Source: Ignavibacteriales bacterium (GTDB lineage Bacteria; Bacteroidota; Ignavibacteria; T3Sed10-11). Taken from it: DNA of 64,000 nucleotides. The notes under the pieces were generated by a model. That model searched no databases, had not been told where the DNA came from, and saw only the letters and a program-made list of their open reading frames with translations. This document shows positions 49,169 through 58,862 of the stretch, piece by piece. A program made the position numbers and the translations under genes. The stretch spans positions 8,736-72,735 of the forward strand of contig PWXV01000324.1 of assembly GCA_003568415.1 (NCBI GenBank), given 5' to 3'. How positions within the stretch are numbered: position 1 is the stretch's first letter; the number at the start of each line of letters is the position of its first letter.

Positions 49169-50005
49169 CTATTCCTGAGTGTCTTCAGCAAACATCTGTC
49201 TAAGTTGATCTTTTTCCATTGATGAGACAGCAGTACAGACGGTTTCGTCATTGTATAACCACATAACAACACTGTATTCGTCGTGTGTCCCGTTGACATA
49301 CCAGCCGGTTTGATTCAGTGAGGTGACAGCACCGTTGGATAGTGAAATCTTGTCACCTTCCAGCACGGCGTTCCAGTTTGTTTGGTAGACATAAACAATT
49401 CCTCCCGGAAGTTTATATACCAGGTGAGCAAGGGATAACCCATCATAATCTGATAGTACACCACCAACCCACTCGCAATCTTTCACCGGTTTTAAAGCGA
49501 CCGGAAATTCGACACGCTCCTGGAAGTAATCGCGCAACTCATCAACATTCTGACCGATTTGCTGTGGCTGGATGGTTCCTGCCAAAAACAAGCCGTAATT
49601 CTCGATTGATTTATCCATCATATCTGCAGCTTGTACGGTATTTTGAATGTCGGGCGAGTTAAGGAAGTATAGAACAAAGGCTATGCCAAAGACCAACATT
49701 GCAATGACAGCGGCACGTGCAAGCGGATATTGTGCAAACACTCCTCTTGTACGTTGTTCTTGGGCGACGTGTTTATCAATATCCTGTTTTATTCGCGATG
49801 CAATCTCGTGTGGAGTAGTTTGGCGCGAAATTTTGGTCTTGACAAAATCTTTGGTGAGAACGTCCAGCTCGTAGTCATTCCGACAGGAATGACATTTACT
49901 GATATGGGATTGAAAGAATTCTTTATCTGCTTCTTTGAGACGGTTATCTACCGCATCGGTGATAAATTGCTGAATTTTTTTACATTCGTTCATAGCTACA
50001 TCCAA
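49169..50005 (-). CDS. Zinc-binding (zf-HC2/ZAS) transmembrane anti-sigma factor
   Basis: HISKCHSC (HxxxCxxC); single TM helix; follows the ECF sigma gene. Confidence 0.82.
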   Translation of the reverse strand: MDVAMNECKKIQQFITDAVDNRLKEADKEFFQSHISKCHSCRNDYELDVLTKDFVKTKISRQTTPHEIASRIKQDIDKHVAQEQRTRGVFAQYPLARAAVIAMLVFGIAFVLYFLNSPDIQNTVQAADMMDKSIENYGLFLAGTIQPQQIGQNVDELRDYFQERVEFPVALKPVKDCEWVGGVLSDYDGLSLAHLVYKLPGGIVYVYQTNWNAVLEGDKISLSNGAVTSLNQTGWYVNGTHDEYSVVMWLYNDETVCTAVSSMEKDQLRQMFAEDTQE

Positions 50006-50008
50006 ATT

Positions 50009-50602
50009 TTACTTATCTTTGACCTCGTATCCTCTCTCGTGGGCGTATTTAAATAGTTTATCACGCAGCAGTTTTCTGCCTCGATGTAATCGTGAACGAA
50101 TTGTACCGATCGGACAATCTACAAATTCGGCTGCTTCTTCATAGGTAAAGCCTTCTATATCACAAAGAATAACAACTGTCCTGAATTCCTCCGGAATATC
50201 AGTTATTGCCGTTGCAACCTGATCGTCAAGAAGTTGTCCGAATAATCGTTCTGAAAGATCATTTGCATCGGTCGATTGTTCACGAATTGTATTGTAAAAC
50301 TCCTTTATTTCATCATAATCAACATGCTCAGGAGTTTTCACCGCTTTACGATATCTATTGATATACGAGTTACGCATTATTCGAAACAGCCATGCACGAC
50401 AATTGGTTCCCTTTTCGAACTTATCCCAGAACCGGTATGCTTTGAGATATGTTTCCTGCAGCAGGTCGTTTGCGTCTTCCGGATTACCCGTCAGGCGAAG
50501 AGCATAGTTGTACAGGATATCCATATGCGGAACCGCCTCACGCTGGAATTCCTCGTGTTTTTGCTGTGTATTGTTGTTATTTTTCGGAAGTGCAAATAGC
50601 AT
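50009..50602 (-). CDS. ECF sigma-70 factor, SigH/SigR-like
   Basis: DA.DLLQETYLKAYR, GTNCRAWLFRI, D.EGFTYEE.A, PIGTIRSRLHRGR. Confidence 0.92.
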   Translation of the reverse strand: MLFALPKNNNNTQQKHEEFQREAVPHMDILYNYALRLTGNPEDANDLLQETYLKAYRFWDKFEKGTNCRAWLFRIMRNSYINRYRKAVKTPEHVDYDEIKEFYNTIREQSTDANDLSERLFGQLLDDQVATAITDIPEEFRTVVILCDIEGFTYEEAAEFVDCPIGTIRSRLHRGRKLLRDKLFKYAHERGYEVKDK

Positions 50603-50750
50603 GTAATTGATATTTTGTGGACGGGATACCGGATTAAATTCTGGAATCGGAACAGTATCTGCCGACTAAGTATAATATTCTATTTCAGTTATCTATAATA
50701 CGAAAATTAATTTTTTGTAGCAAGCCTCTGCAGATTGTAAGATTTACAAC

Positions 50751-52001
50751 TTAAATCTGTAAATTGAATATATCCTGCGGTTCGACGGTGGGGATTCCAT
50801 CGGTGATGGTTATCTGTTTACCGGATGCCGGTTCCACTATTTCACAGTGTCCATTCTCATCAGTCTCGGGTAGCCCCGATGTTGATGATGCATCGACTAT
50901 GAAGTTTATCCGGATTTTTGATTTATCAAATATATATGAGGCAGCAAACGGACTGCAATCGCCTAACTCGGTCAATGCGAGTTTAAATCTTACCGTCGTT
51001 GTAGATTTGTCAGGGTGGTGTACAAGATGAAAGGCCGCATCCTGTACTCCGGCATTCTCTCCATTAATTGAAATTGCAGCGTTCTTAAAGATATATTCAG
51101 CAAAATATCGACGGTTAAGCGGGATTGTATGATACGAAGCATCGGTCGGTAATTCCTGCCGTGCGAGGTGATAGAGGGAACCGATAATTGCAATTGCATT
51201 TGCCTTCCGGATGATCTCCTTATACCGGTCGCGTGGTATATACCCTGATTCAATTAATACACCGCGTGTTCCCCAGGTATGCAATGCGTCTCCGAACGCG
51301 CGGGGTTCGTAAGCGTCATCATATTTTCCGACCTGATCGGGAAGTGTCATCTGAACATAGTCACCGACGCACGATGCCAGCCGCATTGCATCACGACGTA
51401 CTTCTGTAATTGACTGATCCCAATCGCTGGCCGCTGCAAGTAAAGAGATACCGGCAGCTTTGCCGATACCGCCGGCAGTGTATCGTGGTTCCTGATCATG
51501 AAGAGAATATGCCCACTGCGTGTTATATGTATCACGGACCGATTTAAGGATGCGGGCTTCGGGAGTTCGGAGAGCAAGCGCGTCCCGGTTCATATCGATA
51601 CTGAGTGCCGTCCGCCTGGTAAACCGTTCTGCACCGTCGGGATTGAGCATAGGTATAACATAGAGTGTAATAGTATTGATAATGCTTTGTATTATTTCAG
51701 TTTTCTTCTGATTCTGCATTATAGAAAAAATATCAAGTAATGCCCGGGTCGCAGTTGGTTCGTCGCCATGCATTTGCGACCACATAAGTACGGGAATGTT
51801 CCCGTTGCCGAGCTTTAAGTATCGTATCGGTCTCTTCTCGGTTGATTCTCCGGCTACTTCCTGAGTAAACAAGTCGGTTTGCAATTCATCGAGTTTCGGG
51901 TAAAGATACTTTTGGGTTATCCAGTACGGGACGTTTTCAATTCGGTGCTCTGCATACCATTGCTCGATCGTATTGAAAATCTGGGTTGTGTCCATAGGCA
52001 T
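50751..52001 (-). CDS. M14-family zinc carboxypeptidase
   Basis: QMHGDE (HxxE), PMLNPDG, DMNRD, SLHDQ, LIESG. Confidence 0.88.
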   Translation of the reverse strand: MPMDTTQIFNTIEQWYAEHRIENVPYWITQKYLYPKLDELQTDLFTQEVAGESTEKRPIRYLKLGNGNIPVLMWSQMHGDEPTATRALLDIFSIMQNQKKTEIIQSIINTITLYVIPMLNPDGAERFTRRTALSIDMNRDALALRTPEARILKSVRDTYNTQWAYSLHDQEPRYTAGGIGKAAGISLLAAASDWDQSITEVRRDAMRLASCVGDYVQMTLPDQVGKYDDAYEPRAFGDALHTWGTRGVLIESGYIPRDRYKEIIRKANAIAIIGSLYHLARQELPTDASYHTIPLNRRYFAEYIFKNAAISINGENAGVQDAAFHLVHHPDKSTTTVRFKLALTELGDCSPFAASYIFDKSKIRINFIVDASSTSGLPETDENGHCEIVEPASGKQITITDGIPTVEPQDIFNLQI

Positions 52002-52069
52002 TGGTTCTCCGGAATTGCATTTATTTTTTTAACAGGGAACAATATATATAAAATAATGTTGTCTAACAA

Positions 52070-55000
52070 TTATTTTGTATCATGTTTCTCCCCGCTAACC
52101 CGGTCTATTATTTCAATCGCAAGATCAAGCGGCGATCGCTTGCCGGCAAGTCCGTCGAGATGCACGATCAATTTTAATGATGTATCTATCTCATGCACAC
52201 GTGCACGCACATTTTTTAATGTCGGTACCTTTGCGATGATTCCTTTGAATAATTCACCGTCATAATACTCTTTCATATCCACGTGCGGGAATTCATACAT
52301 TATTCGCTTTGTTCCGGCATCTACTTTGACAAATCCAAGTTTGGTTGCTCGTATACGTAAGCGGATGACGTTCAGCAATGCCTCCGCTTCGGGGGGTAGT
52401 TTACCGAACCTGTCTTTCAATTCATCACGCATCTCATCCACTTCTTTTTCATCGGTGAGTGCATATAATCGGCGGTATAATTCAAGACGCTCGGCATCAA
52501 ATGATACATAGGTGTCGGGTAAATATGCATCGACGCTGACATTGACCGTGGCCAGTTCTTTTGGTAGCGTTTTCTTGCGCTGCTCTTCGGGAAAGAGGTC
52601 TCGGAACTCCTCTTCCTTTAATTCTTTTACCGTGTCATCAACCAGTTTCTGATACATATCGAATCCGACTTCTTCTATGAATCCGCTTTGTTCGGCGCCG
52701 AGCATATTACCCGCACCGCGTATTTCAAGATCTCGCATACTTAAATTGAAACCGGAGCCGAGCTCGGTGAACTCCTCAATTGCCTGTAGTCGTCGCAGTG
52801 CCTGCCTGCTCATTGTTGACATCGGCGGTGTGAGGAAATATGCATATGCCTGGGTATTTGATCTGCCCACGCGGCCGCGTAATTGATACAATTCAGCAAG
52901 ACCGAACCGGTCAGCTCTTGTTACAACAATTGTGTTTACATTCGGCATATCGATGCCGGATTCGATAATCTTTGTGCTGATGAGGACGTTAAATTTTTGT
53001 TCCAGAAAATCTACCATTGTTTTTTCAAGATCGTGCGGCCGCATCTGTCCGTGTGCAACCCGCACGCGTGCTTCGGGTATAAGTTCGCGCACCCTGTTGG
53101 CAACCTCTTCAATATCGGCAACACGGTCATGGACGACATACACCTGCCCCCCCCGTTCAAGCTCGGGAATGATCGCTTCTCGTATTGCTTTCTTTGAATA
53201 TGGGGCGATCTCGGTTATAATCGGAAGACGGTTTTTGGGTGCGGTGTTTATGATTGAAAGATCGCGTGCGCCCAATAGTGAAAAATGCAAAGTACGGGGG
53301 ATCGGTGTTGCCGTAAGAGTAAGTGTATCGACATTTGCACGCATATTGCGTATCCGTTCTTTCGCCGTTACACCGAACCGGTGCTCTTCATCCACCACAA
53401 GTAAGCCGAGATTCTTAAATGCTACATCTTTTGAAATAAGCCGGTGTGTACCGATCACTATATCGGTTTGACCGGTTTTGAGCCGTTCAACTATTTTTTT
53501 CTGCTGTCCCGATGTTCTGAATCGTGAGAGGACATCGATTTTGATAGAATACCGGTCCAGCCGTTCGCGGATAGTCTGATAATGCTGCTCGGCAAGAATC
53601 GTTGTCGGCACGAGCACGGCCACTTGTTTACCGTCCATTACTGCTTTAAATGCAGCACGCACCGCTACTTCGGTTTTCCCAAATCCGACATCTCCGCAGA
53701 TGAGACGGTCCATGGGAACGGGTACTTCCATATCAGCTTTGACAGCCCGGGTTGCTTCTGACTGATCCGGTGTATCGTCATACATAAACGATGCTTCAAG
53801 TTCCTTTTGCCAATGAGTATCTTCAGAGAAGGCAACTCCGCGGCTTGCTTTTCGTTTTGCATATAATAAAATAAGCTCGCGTGCGATATCTTTGACACGA
53901 CGTTTGGTACGCGCTTTTGCTTTTTCCCACTCACCGCTTCCGAGCCGGTTAATCATCGGGATGTGTCCTTCTTTCGAAGAATATTTCTGAATGCGGTGGA
54001 TTGTATTCAGGTTAACATATAACATATCTTTATCTGCATACATAATGCGGATAACTTCCTGATGCGTATTGCCGACTTTCAGTTTCTGAAGTCCGTCAAA
54101 CTTTCCTATACCGTGATCGATATGTACAACATAATCGCCGCGTTTGAGCGACTGCATTTCATGCAGTGAAAAACCTTTGAAGCGTTTTCGTTTTTTTATC
54201 TTTCGCCGTTTCAGCCGACCGAAAATTTCATGTTCGGTATAGCAGAGAAGTTTTGATTCGGCAAGCACAAACCCGCGTTGTAACGTTTCGCTGACATAAT
54301 TAATAGAAAGTTTACCGGATGTATCGGTACTACCGTCTTCGGTAGAATCCTCCGCTTCATCGATTAATTCCCTTATTCGCTCGGTCTCTTCCGGACCGTC
54401 TGCAGTTATGTATAGCTCGTATCCTTCGTTATATTTTCCGGTCAAATCACGGTAAAGTTGATGGATGCTTCCCTGGAATGAAGGTTGTGATCGGGCGTCC
54501 ATATTTAACAGGTTTTCACCGCTCTGCGACCGCAGAGAAACATGGTTTATTTGACGGAAACGTATGCATTTATCCGCAATACTATCAGTATCGACTTCAC
54601 TTTGTGACTTTTGTAATTGGGCAAGGATGGTCGAACGGTCATTCCATACGATTATGGCGGAATCATTGAGGTAATCGAAAATTTCGTGCTCGTTCTCCCG
54701 TTCGCCGTTAACGAGATTAGGTGTAATGCGGACTTCCTCAAGCTCACGGATCGAGCGTTGTGACATCACTTCAAACTCCCGGATGGATTCAACCGTATCT
54801 CCCAGGAAGTCGAGACGCACAGGATTATGGCCGGTAAACGGAAACACGTCAACAATGCCGCCCCGTATCGAGTAATCGCCGTATGCCTCGACAAACGGTT
54901 TCTTTTCAAAGCCCAGTTCATTCAGCACTCCGGTAAGAGTTTCAAAATCGTAATCCTGATTAACGGCAACGGAGAACACATCTTTTTTTACGCTGGCCGG

Positions 55001-55408
55001 CTGCGGCAAAGGGGTGGCAATCGAGGCGGCACTTGCCAAAACAATGCAAGCATCTTTTCGTGCAAGGGCATCGAGGGTTTCAATCTGACCGATGTGCTCT
55101 TCGGCATCGAGATTCTGATCCGAAAGGTGTCTTCCTTTCTCGAACCGGTAGACATGTTCGGGGGAGACGAGAGTCGTCAGGTCATCGTACAGCTCTGCTG
55201 CTTCATCGGTGGTTTCTGCAATAACGAGAAAATGTGCGGGCTGAGTGTTATAAAGCATAGATATTGCGGCCGGGAACAGTGAACCGGCATATCCGCTCAC
55301 CGGTAACTCACGCCCGTCAGATTGTAAATACCGGCGCTTCATCTCTGCAAGCGACGGAGACGACTCTAAAGATTTAATAAATTGGTGTATAGACTTTAAA
55401 AAAGACAT
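52070..55408 (-). CDS. mfd: Transcription-repair coupling factor
   Basis: RGGIVDVFP, GDYVVHIDHGIG, GDVGFGKTEVA, DEEHRFG, TATPIPRT, QLRGRVGRS, RDLEIRGAG. Confidence 0.97.
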   Translation of the reverse strand: MSFLKSIHQFIKSLESSPSLAEMKRRYLQSDGRELPVSGYAGSLFPAAISMLYNTQPAHFLVIAETTDEAAELYDDLTTLVSPEHVYRFEKGRHLSDQNLDAEEHIGQIETLDALARKDACIVLASAASIATPLPQPASVKKDVFSVAVNQDYDFETLTGVLNELGFEKKPFVEAYGDYSIRGGIVDVFPFTGHNPVRLDFLGDTVESIREFEVMSQRSIRELEEVRITPNLVNGERENEHEIFDYLNDSAIIVWNDRSTILAQLQKSQSEVDTDSIADKCIRFRQINHVSLRSQSGENLLNMDARSQPSFQGSIHQLYRDLTGKYNEGYELYITADGPEETERIRELIDEAEDSTEDGSTDTSGKLSINYVSETLQRGFVLAESKLLCYTEHEIFGRLKRRKIKKRKRFKGFSLHEMQSLKRGDYVVHIDHGIGKFDGLQKLKVGNTHQEVIRIMYADKDMLYVNLNTIHRIQKYSSKEGHIPMINRLGSGEWEKAKARTKRRVKDIARELILLYAKRKASRGVAFSEDTHWQKELEASFMYDDTPDQSEATRAVKADMEVPVPMDRLICGDVGFGKTEVAVRAAFKAVMDGKQVAVLVPTTILAEQHYQTIRERLDRYSIKIDVLSRFRTSGQQKKIVERLKTGQTDIVIGTHRLISKDVAFKNLGLLVVDEEHRFGVTAKERIRNMRANVDTLTLTATPIPRTLHFSLLGARDLSIINTAPKNRLPIITEIAPYSKKAIREAIIPELERGGQVYVVHDRVADIEEVANRVRELIPEARVRVAHGQMRPHDLEKTMVDFLEQKFNVLISTKIIESGIDMPNVNTIVVTRADRFGLAELYQLRGRVGRSNTQAYAYFLTPPMSTMSRQALRRLQAIEEFTELGSGFNLSMRDLEIRGAGNMLGAEQSGFIEEVGFDMYQKLVDDTVKELKEEEFRDLFPEEQRKKTLPKELATVNVSVDAYLPDTYVSFDAERLELYRRLYALTDEKEVDEMRDELKDRFGKLPPEAEALLNVIRLRIRATKLGFVKVDAGTKRIMYEFPHVDMKEYYDGELFKGIIAKVPTLKNVRARVHEIDTSLKLIVHLDGLAGKRSPLDLAIEIIDRVSGEKHDTK

Positions 55409-55446
55409 TGTGTTCGGGTTTTTAAACTATCGCATTAAACGCAAAT

Positions 55447-55495
55447 AGCCCTTGCCGCAGGAGTGAGGGAGAATATCACCGCTGCAACAACGGCT
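55447..55495 (-). promoter_or_regulatory. Long stem-loop in the mfd 5' leader
   Basis: AGCC.UUGUUGCAG.GGUGA/UCACU.CUGCGGCAA.GGCU; TATACT box at 55508-55513. Confidence 0.45.
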
Positions 55496-55655
55496 CACGC
55501 AGATCACAGTATACGAAAAATTTTGATAATTGTGTAGCTTTATGATTTGTAAATTTACTTTTTTCCGTATATATTTATATTACGCCCCAGAGATTTTTCA
55601 CAGGAATACCGAAAAATTCGCCCGATGCCGAATTTCCCGTGGGCGAGGAGAGGCT

Positions 55656-56573
55656 ATGAAAAATGTACCTATCTTGTTGATCTGTTCTGCTCTTGTAATA
55701 TCCCTCATTCCCGGCTGTGATTTACTGGATATATCCGGCAAAGCAGAAAAGAATTTGATCTACCCCCTTCAGGAAGGAAATTTATGGGAATATGAACGGG
55801 AGGGTAGTGTATATAACTTTCGTTTAATTGATAATCCGGACAGCGTGATTGAATCCAGAGAATTTACCATCCGTGCTCATTCAACGGTTCGGTCGAACGG
55901 GATGGTTAAACTATCTGAATTTTCAAATATACCCGGTGCGGTAATCGAGCTTGAGCAGATATATAGTGAAGAGGGAATGTCGCACGAATTGAAAAGCTGG
56001 AATTATTATACCTATATGGATGACGGACTGTACAGTCTCGGATACAGGTCGGCATCAGGTGCATCGGTGATGCCGAAAGTCATTGCAAATGAACAAGAAA
56101 CCGGCACGGGTTTTTATATTAAATTTGACGGGAAGTATTTCACGTCAATACGGGCTCTGACAGAATACGTGGAATTCATTGTACAATTACAATATGACGA
56201 TCCGGATGATATCATAATTGAAGACCGCCCCCTGAAAGTTATTCCCAGATATATGAATACCGGCAGACAATGGACATTCCGCACAAAAGGCAATCCGTGG
56301 CGTATCGATAAACGGATACTCGGAAAAGAAATTATTGAAGTGCCCGCCGGTCAATTTGAATGTTATAAAGTGCAATGGCTTATAGATCTCGGTGATACTG
56401 GAGAGTGGGATGAAAGACTGCTTTACTACGATTATATCAGCGACAAGGGCTTGATAAAGCGTGAGCTTTATTTCAAAGATCAGCATTGGACTCCTTATCC
56501 GAGTCCCGATCAAAAAGGTTATTTTGATATGTCCGATATATCGGTACTGAAGGAATTGGATGTCAATTTTTAA
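55656..56573 (+). CDS. Hypothetical lipoprotein
   Basis: GAGGAG RBS; lipobox-like LIPGC; YPL..GN.WEY and EVPAG.F.CYKV motifs. Confidence 0.7.
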   Translation: MKNVPILLICSALVISLIPGCDLLDISGKAEKNLIYPLQEGNLWEYEREGSVYNFRLIDNPDSVIESREFTIRAHSTVRSNGMVKLSEFSNIPGAVIELEQIYSEEGMSHELKSWNYYTYMDDGLYSLGYRSASGASVMPKVIANEQETGTGFYIKFDGKYFTSIRALTEYVEFIVQLQYDDPDDIIIEDRPLKVIPRYMNTGRQWTFRTKGNPWRIDKRILGKEIIEVPAGQFECYKVQWLIDLGDTGEWDERLLYYDYISDKGLIKRELYFKDQHWTPYPSPDQKGYFDMSDISVLKELDVNF

Positions 56574-56619
56574 TAAGCTACATATAATTATATAACTATC
56601 AATTGGGAGGAGAATATCT

Positions 56620-57249
56620 ATGAAAAAGATAGTTACTATATTTATATTTCTTGCCGGATTTTCAGCGGCATTTCATATAACATCAGTTGATGCCGGGGAA
56701 ATTAAACTCATCAGGGACCCCGCAAATATAGACAGAGATCTACGGGATATTACTTTCTTTTTGGGAATCGAATATTTAAAAATCGATTTTGAGGGAGAAG
56801 GTTTGGATGGAAAAACCTACCGTCTCACCGCAAAGGAAATATGGGACGGTGAGATAAAAGATACATCGACGGTGTTCAACTCCGCCGAAATTCCGGCACC
56901 TCATCTGCAGCGTGTTACCGGTGACACATTTCAAATCAGGATCGTCTCCGAATTGAGCGAGGAAAATACCTTGCGGATGAACTTTAACTTTCCCGGTTTG
57001 ACCGTGAAAAGAGAATACGATGCAATTCAATCCGACGATTACAGTTTGCGATATGCATCGATGCAGCCGGAAACGAAGCTGTCTCCGGGAGAATCGTTTT
57101 ATCTTCTAACCTATATGTTGCCCTACGAGGAAGATGGTATAAAACATTATTGTTCGGTGGAAGCGAGCGGAAGCGATGTACTCTTGTGGGGTGAAGAATT
57201 CGGAATTGAACATTATCTTGTTTTTGAAATGGTATTTGAGGAAATGTAA
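56620..57249 (+). CDS. Hypothetical secreted protein
   Basis: GGAGGAG RBS; signal peptide MKKIVTIFIFLAGFSAA. Confidence 0.7.
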   Translation: MKKIVTIFIFLAGFSAAFHITSVDAGEIKLIRDPANIDRDLRDITFFLGIEYLKIDFEGEGLDGKTYRLTAKEIWDGEIKDTSTVFNSAEIPAPHLQRVTGDTFQIRIVSELSEENTLRMNFNFPGLTVKREYDAIQSDDYSLRYASMQPETKLSPGESFYLLTYMLPYEEDGIKHYCSVEASGSDVLLWGEEFGIEHYLVFEMVFEEM

Positions 57250-57255
57250 AATACA

Positions 57256-57888
57256 ATGAAAACTATTCTATATCTTTCGTTCGTAACTTGTATAATCGCA
57301 TTTGCTTTTATCACGTGCGAAATTCCGGGGGATGGATGCGGACCATTTAAAGATCGATTCAAGGTAACTGATTTTATTACCGAAATAAATAAAATTGCAT
57401 TCCTCGATACACTGAACACAGAAATACAGCTTCTGATAATGGACTCAGATACCTTGCGATTCGATGAGTTTGCGATCACCATGCATCCGGTCGCCGAGTA
57501 TTATTTTTCAAATAAGCATAGTCATATACAGAATCCTTTTATTTCAACAGCATATGCCTGTTCACCAGTTATTCCAGTGTCCGACGAGAAAATAAAGGAT
57601 ATCCGTATATTCAGCGACAGAGATTTTACCGGTGAGTATGCAGCCGGCGATAATCTCGTCGCGTTATTTGATTTCATTGTTCTATATCATACCAGCGGGT
57701 ATCATCGGTATTCACCGGACGAATTTTTGACCGGAGATCGCCCGGTGCCCGATCAATTGAATTTAGTGCTGAACACCGGACCGCAATCTGCAGGGCAATT
57801 TACCTTCACCGTTGAATACCTTCAGGACGGTTTTGTGCTGGATGAATATGAATTTACAACCGAAGAAATTACAATAAAGATGGAGTAA
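57256..57888 (+). CDS. Hypothetical exported protein or lipoprotein
   Basis: Hydrophobic N-terminus ending FITC; internal TAYACSP motif; tightly coupled to its neighbours. Confidence 0.65.
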   Translation: MKTILYLSFVTCIIAFAFITCEIPGDGCGPFKDRFKVTDFITEINKIAFLDTLNTEIQLLIMDSDTLRFDEFAITMHPVAEYYFSNKHSHIQNPFISTAYACSPVIPVSDEKIKDIRIFSDRDFTGEYAAGDNLVALFDFIVLYHTSGYHRYSPDEFLTGDRPVPDQLNLVLNTGPQSAGQFTFTVEYLQDGFVLDEYEFTTEEITIKME

Positions 57889-57894
57889 CGCAGT

Positions 57895-58746
57895 ATGATT
57901 TTGTACAAACTGAAAATTTCTGTACTTATTTTCTTTTTTATTTTATTTTCCGGTTGTCAGTCACCGCTCGATGTCATTGAAACAGATATCGATCCCCGTT
58001 TAATCGGCGAATGGTACAAGGTCGACGTTTCACCGATGGCGTTCCCGGGACCAGAATCAGTGTATAGCGGGTGGAGCATAGCAGCTGACGGAAGTATGCA
58101 TCCACTGGGAGTAGAGGGTTCGACCGGGGAAATAACTCTTATTGAAACACAATATATATCCGAAATTCAACATACTTCGGATGGTGTTATGATCGTAGAA
58201 CACCGGGCACATCCCATTCTCACGATCGATAGTGTTGAGTACAGGATTCGTGATGGGGAGCTTATATTACAGGGTGAATTCATCAGAGGTACATACCGGA
58301 AAACGAAAGAGGGCAGGAAGGTTGCTTCGCCGGTTGCATCTTACCTAAACGTAACGATAGATGGCTCTGAAACAGAAAACATTGAAATAACAAACCGGGT
58401 ACCATCCGCATATATCAGCAAATTATCCGGTACCCGGTTACGACTGAGAGCGGAAATGGCATGGCAAAGGATAAGCATAGCCATTGATAATTTCGAGGGT
58501 CGCGGTACCTATATCATTGGTAAAGAACAGGGTTCTTATTCGGCATTCGGAACCGACTGGTTGGGGGTGGCTGAATTGACCGATGCCGATTCTTCGGGAA
58601 CCATCACAATCGATAATTGCGATATGACGGTATTACGTTGTTCGGGAAGTTTTGAATTCGTAATGCGTAAACATGTATCGGAATATAATCAGAATAGTGC
58701 TCGTCATCTGACGGATGGTATGTTTGACGTCCCGATATACAGGTAA
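57895..58746 (+). CDS. Hypothetical lipoprotein
   Basis: Lipobox LFSGC; lipocalin-like LIGEW start; C-terminal SGSFEF...LTDGMFD. Confidence 0.7.
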   Translation: MILYKLKISVLIFFFILFSGCQSPLDVIETDIDPRLIGEWYKVDVSPMAFPGPESVYSGWSIAADGSMHPLGVEGSTGEITLIETQYISEIQHTSDGVMIVEHRAHPILTIDSVEYRIRDGELILQGEFIRGTYRKTKEGRKVASPVASYLNVTIDGSETENIEITNRVPSAYISKLSGTRLRLRAEMAWQRISIAIDNFEGRGTYIIGKEQGSYSAFGTDWLGVAELTDADSSGTITIDNCDMTVLRCSGSFEFVMRKHVSEYNQNSARHLTDGMFDVPIYR

Positions 58747-58778
58747 GAAATCATAGTATTTGATTTTTTATCTCTTGC

Positions 58779-58807
58779 TTGACATTGGCAACGCTTCAAT
58801 GTAACTT
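58779..58807 (+). promoter_or_regulatory. Sigma70-type promoter with an overlapping ACATTG-N9-CAATGT palindrome
   Basis: TTGACA-N17-TAACTT; palindrome at 58782-58802. Confidence 0.55.
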
Positions 58808-58862
58808 TCTGCTAATATCATCTCCTATAAATAATATATATGTTCAAGTTTAGGTAGGTACA

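Noticed and set aside
55656-58746. Integron cassette array
   Set aside because: Gaps of 6-46 nt are too short for attC sites and no integrase is present
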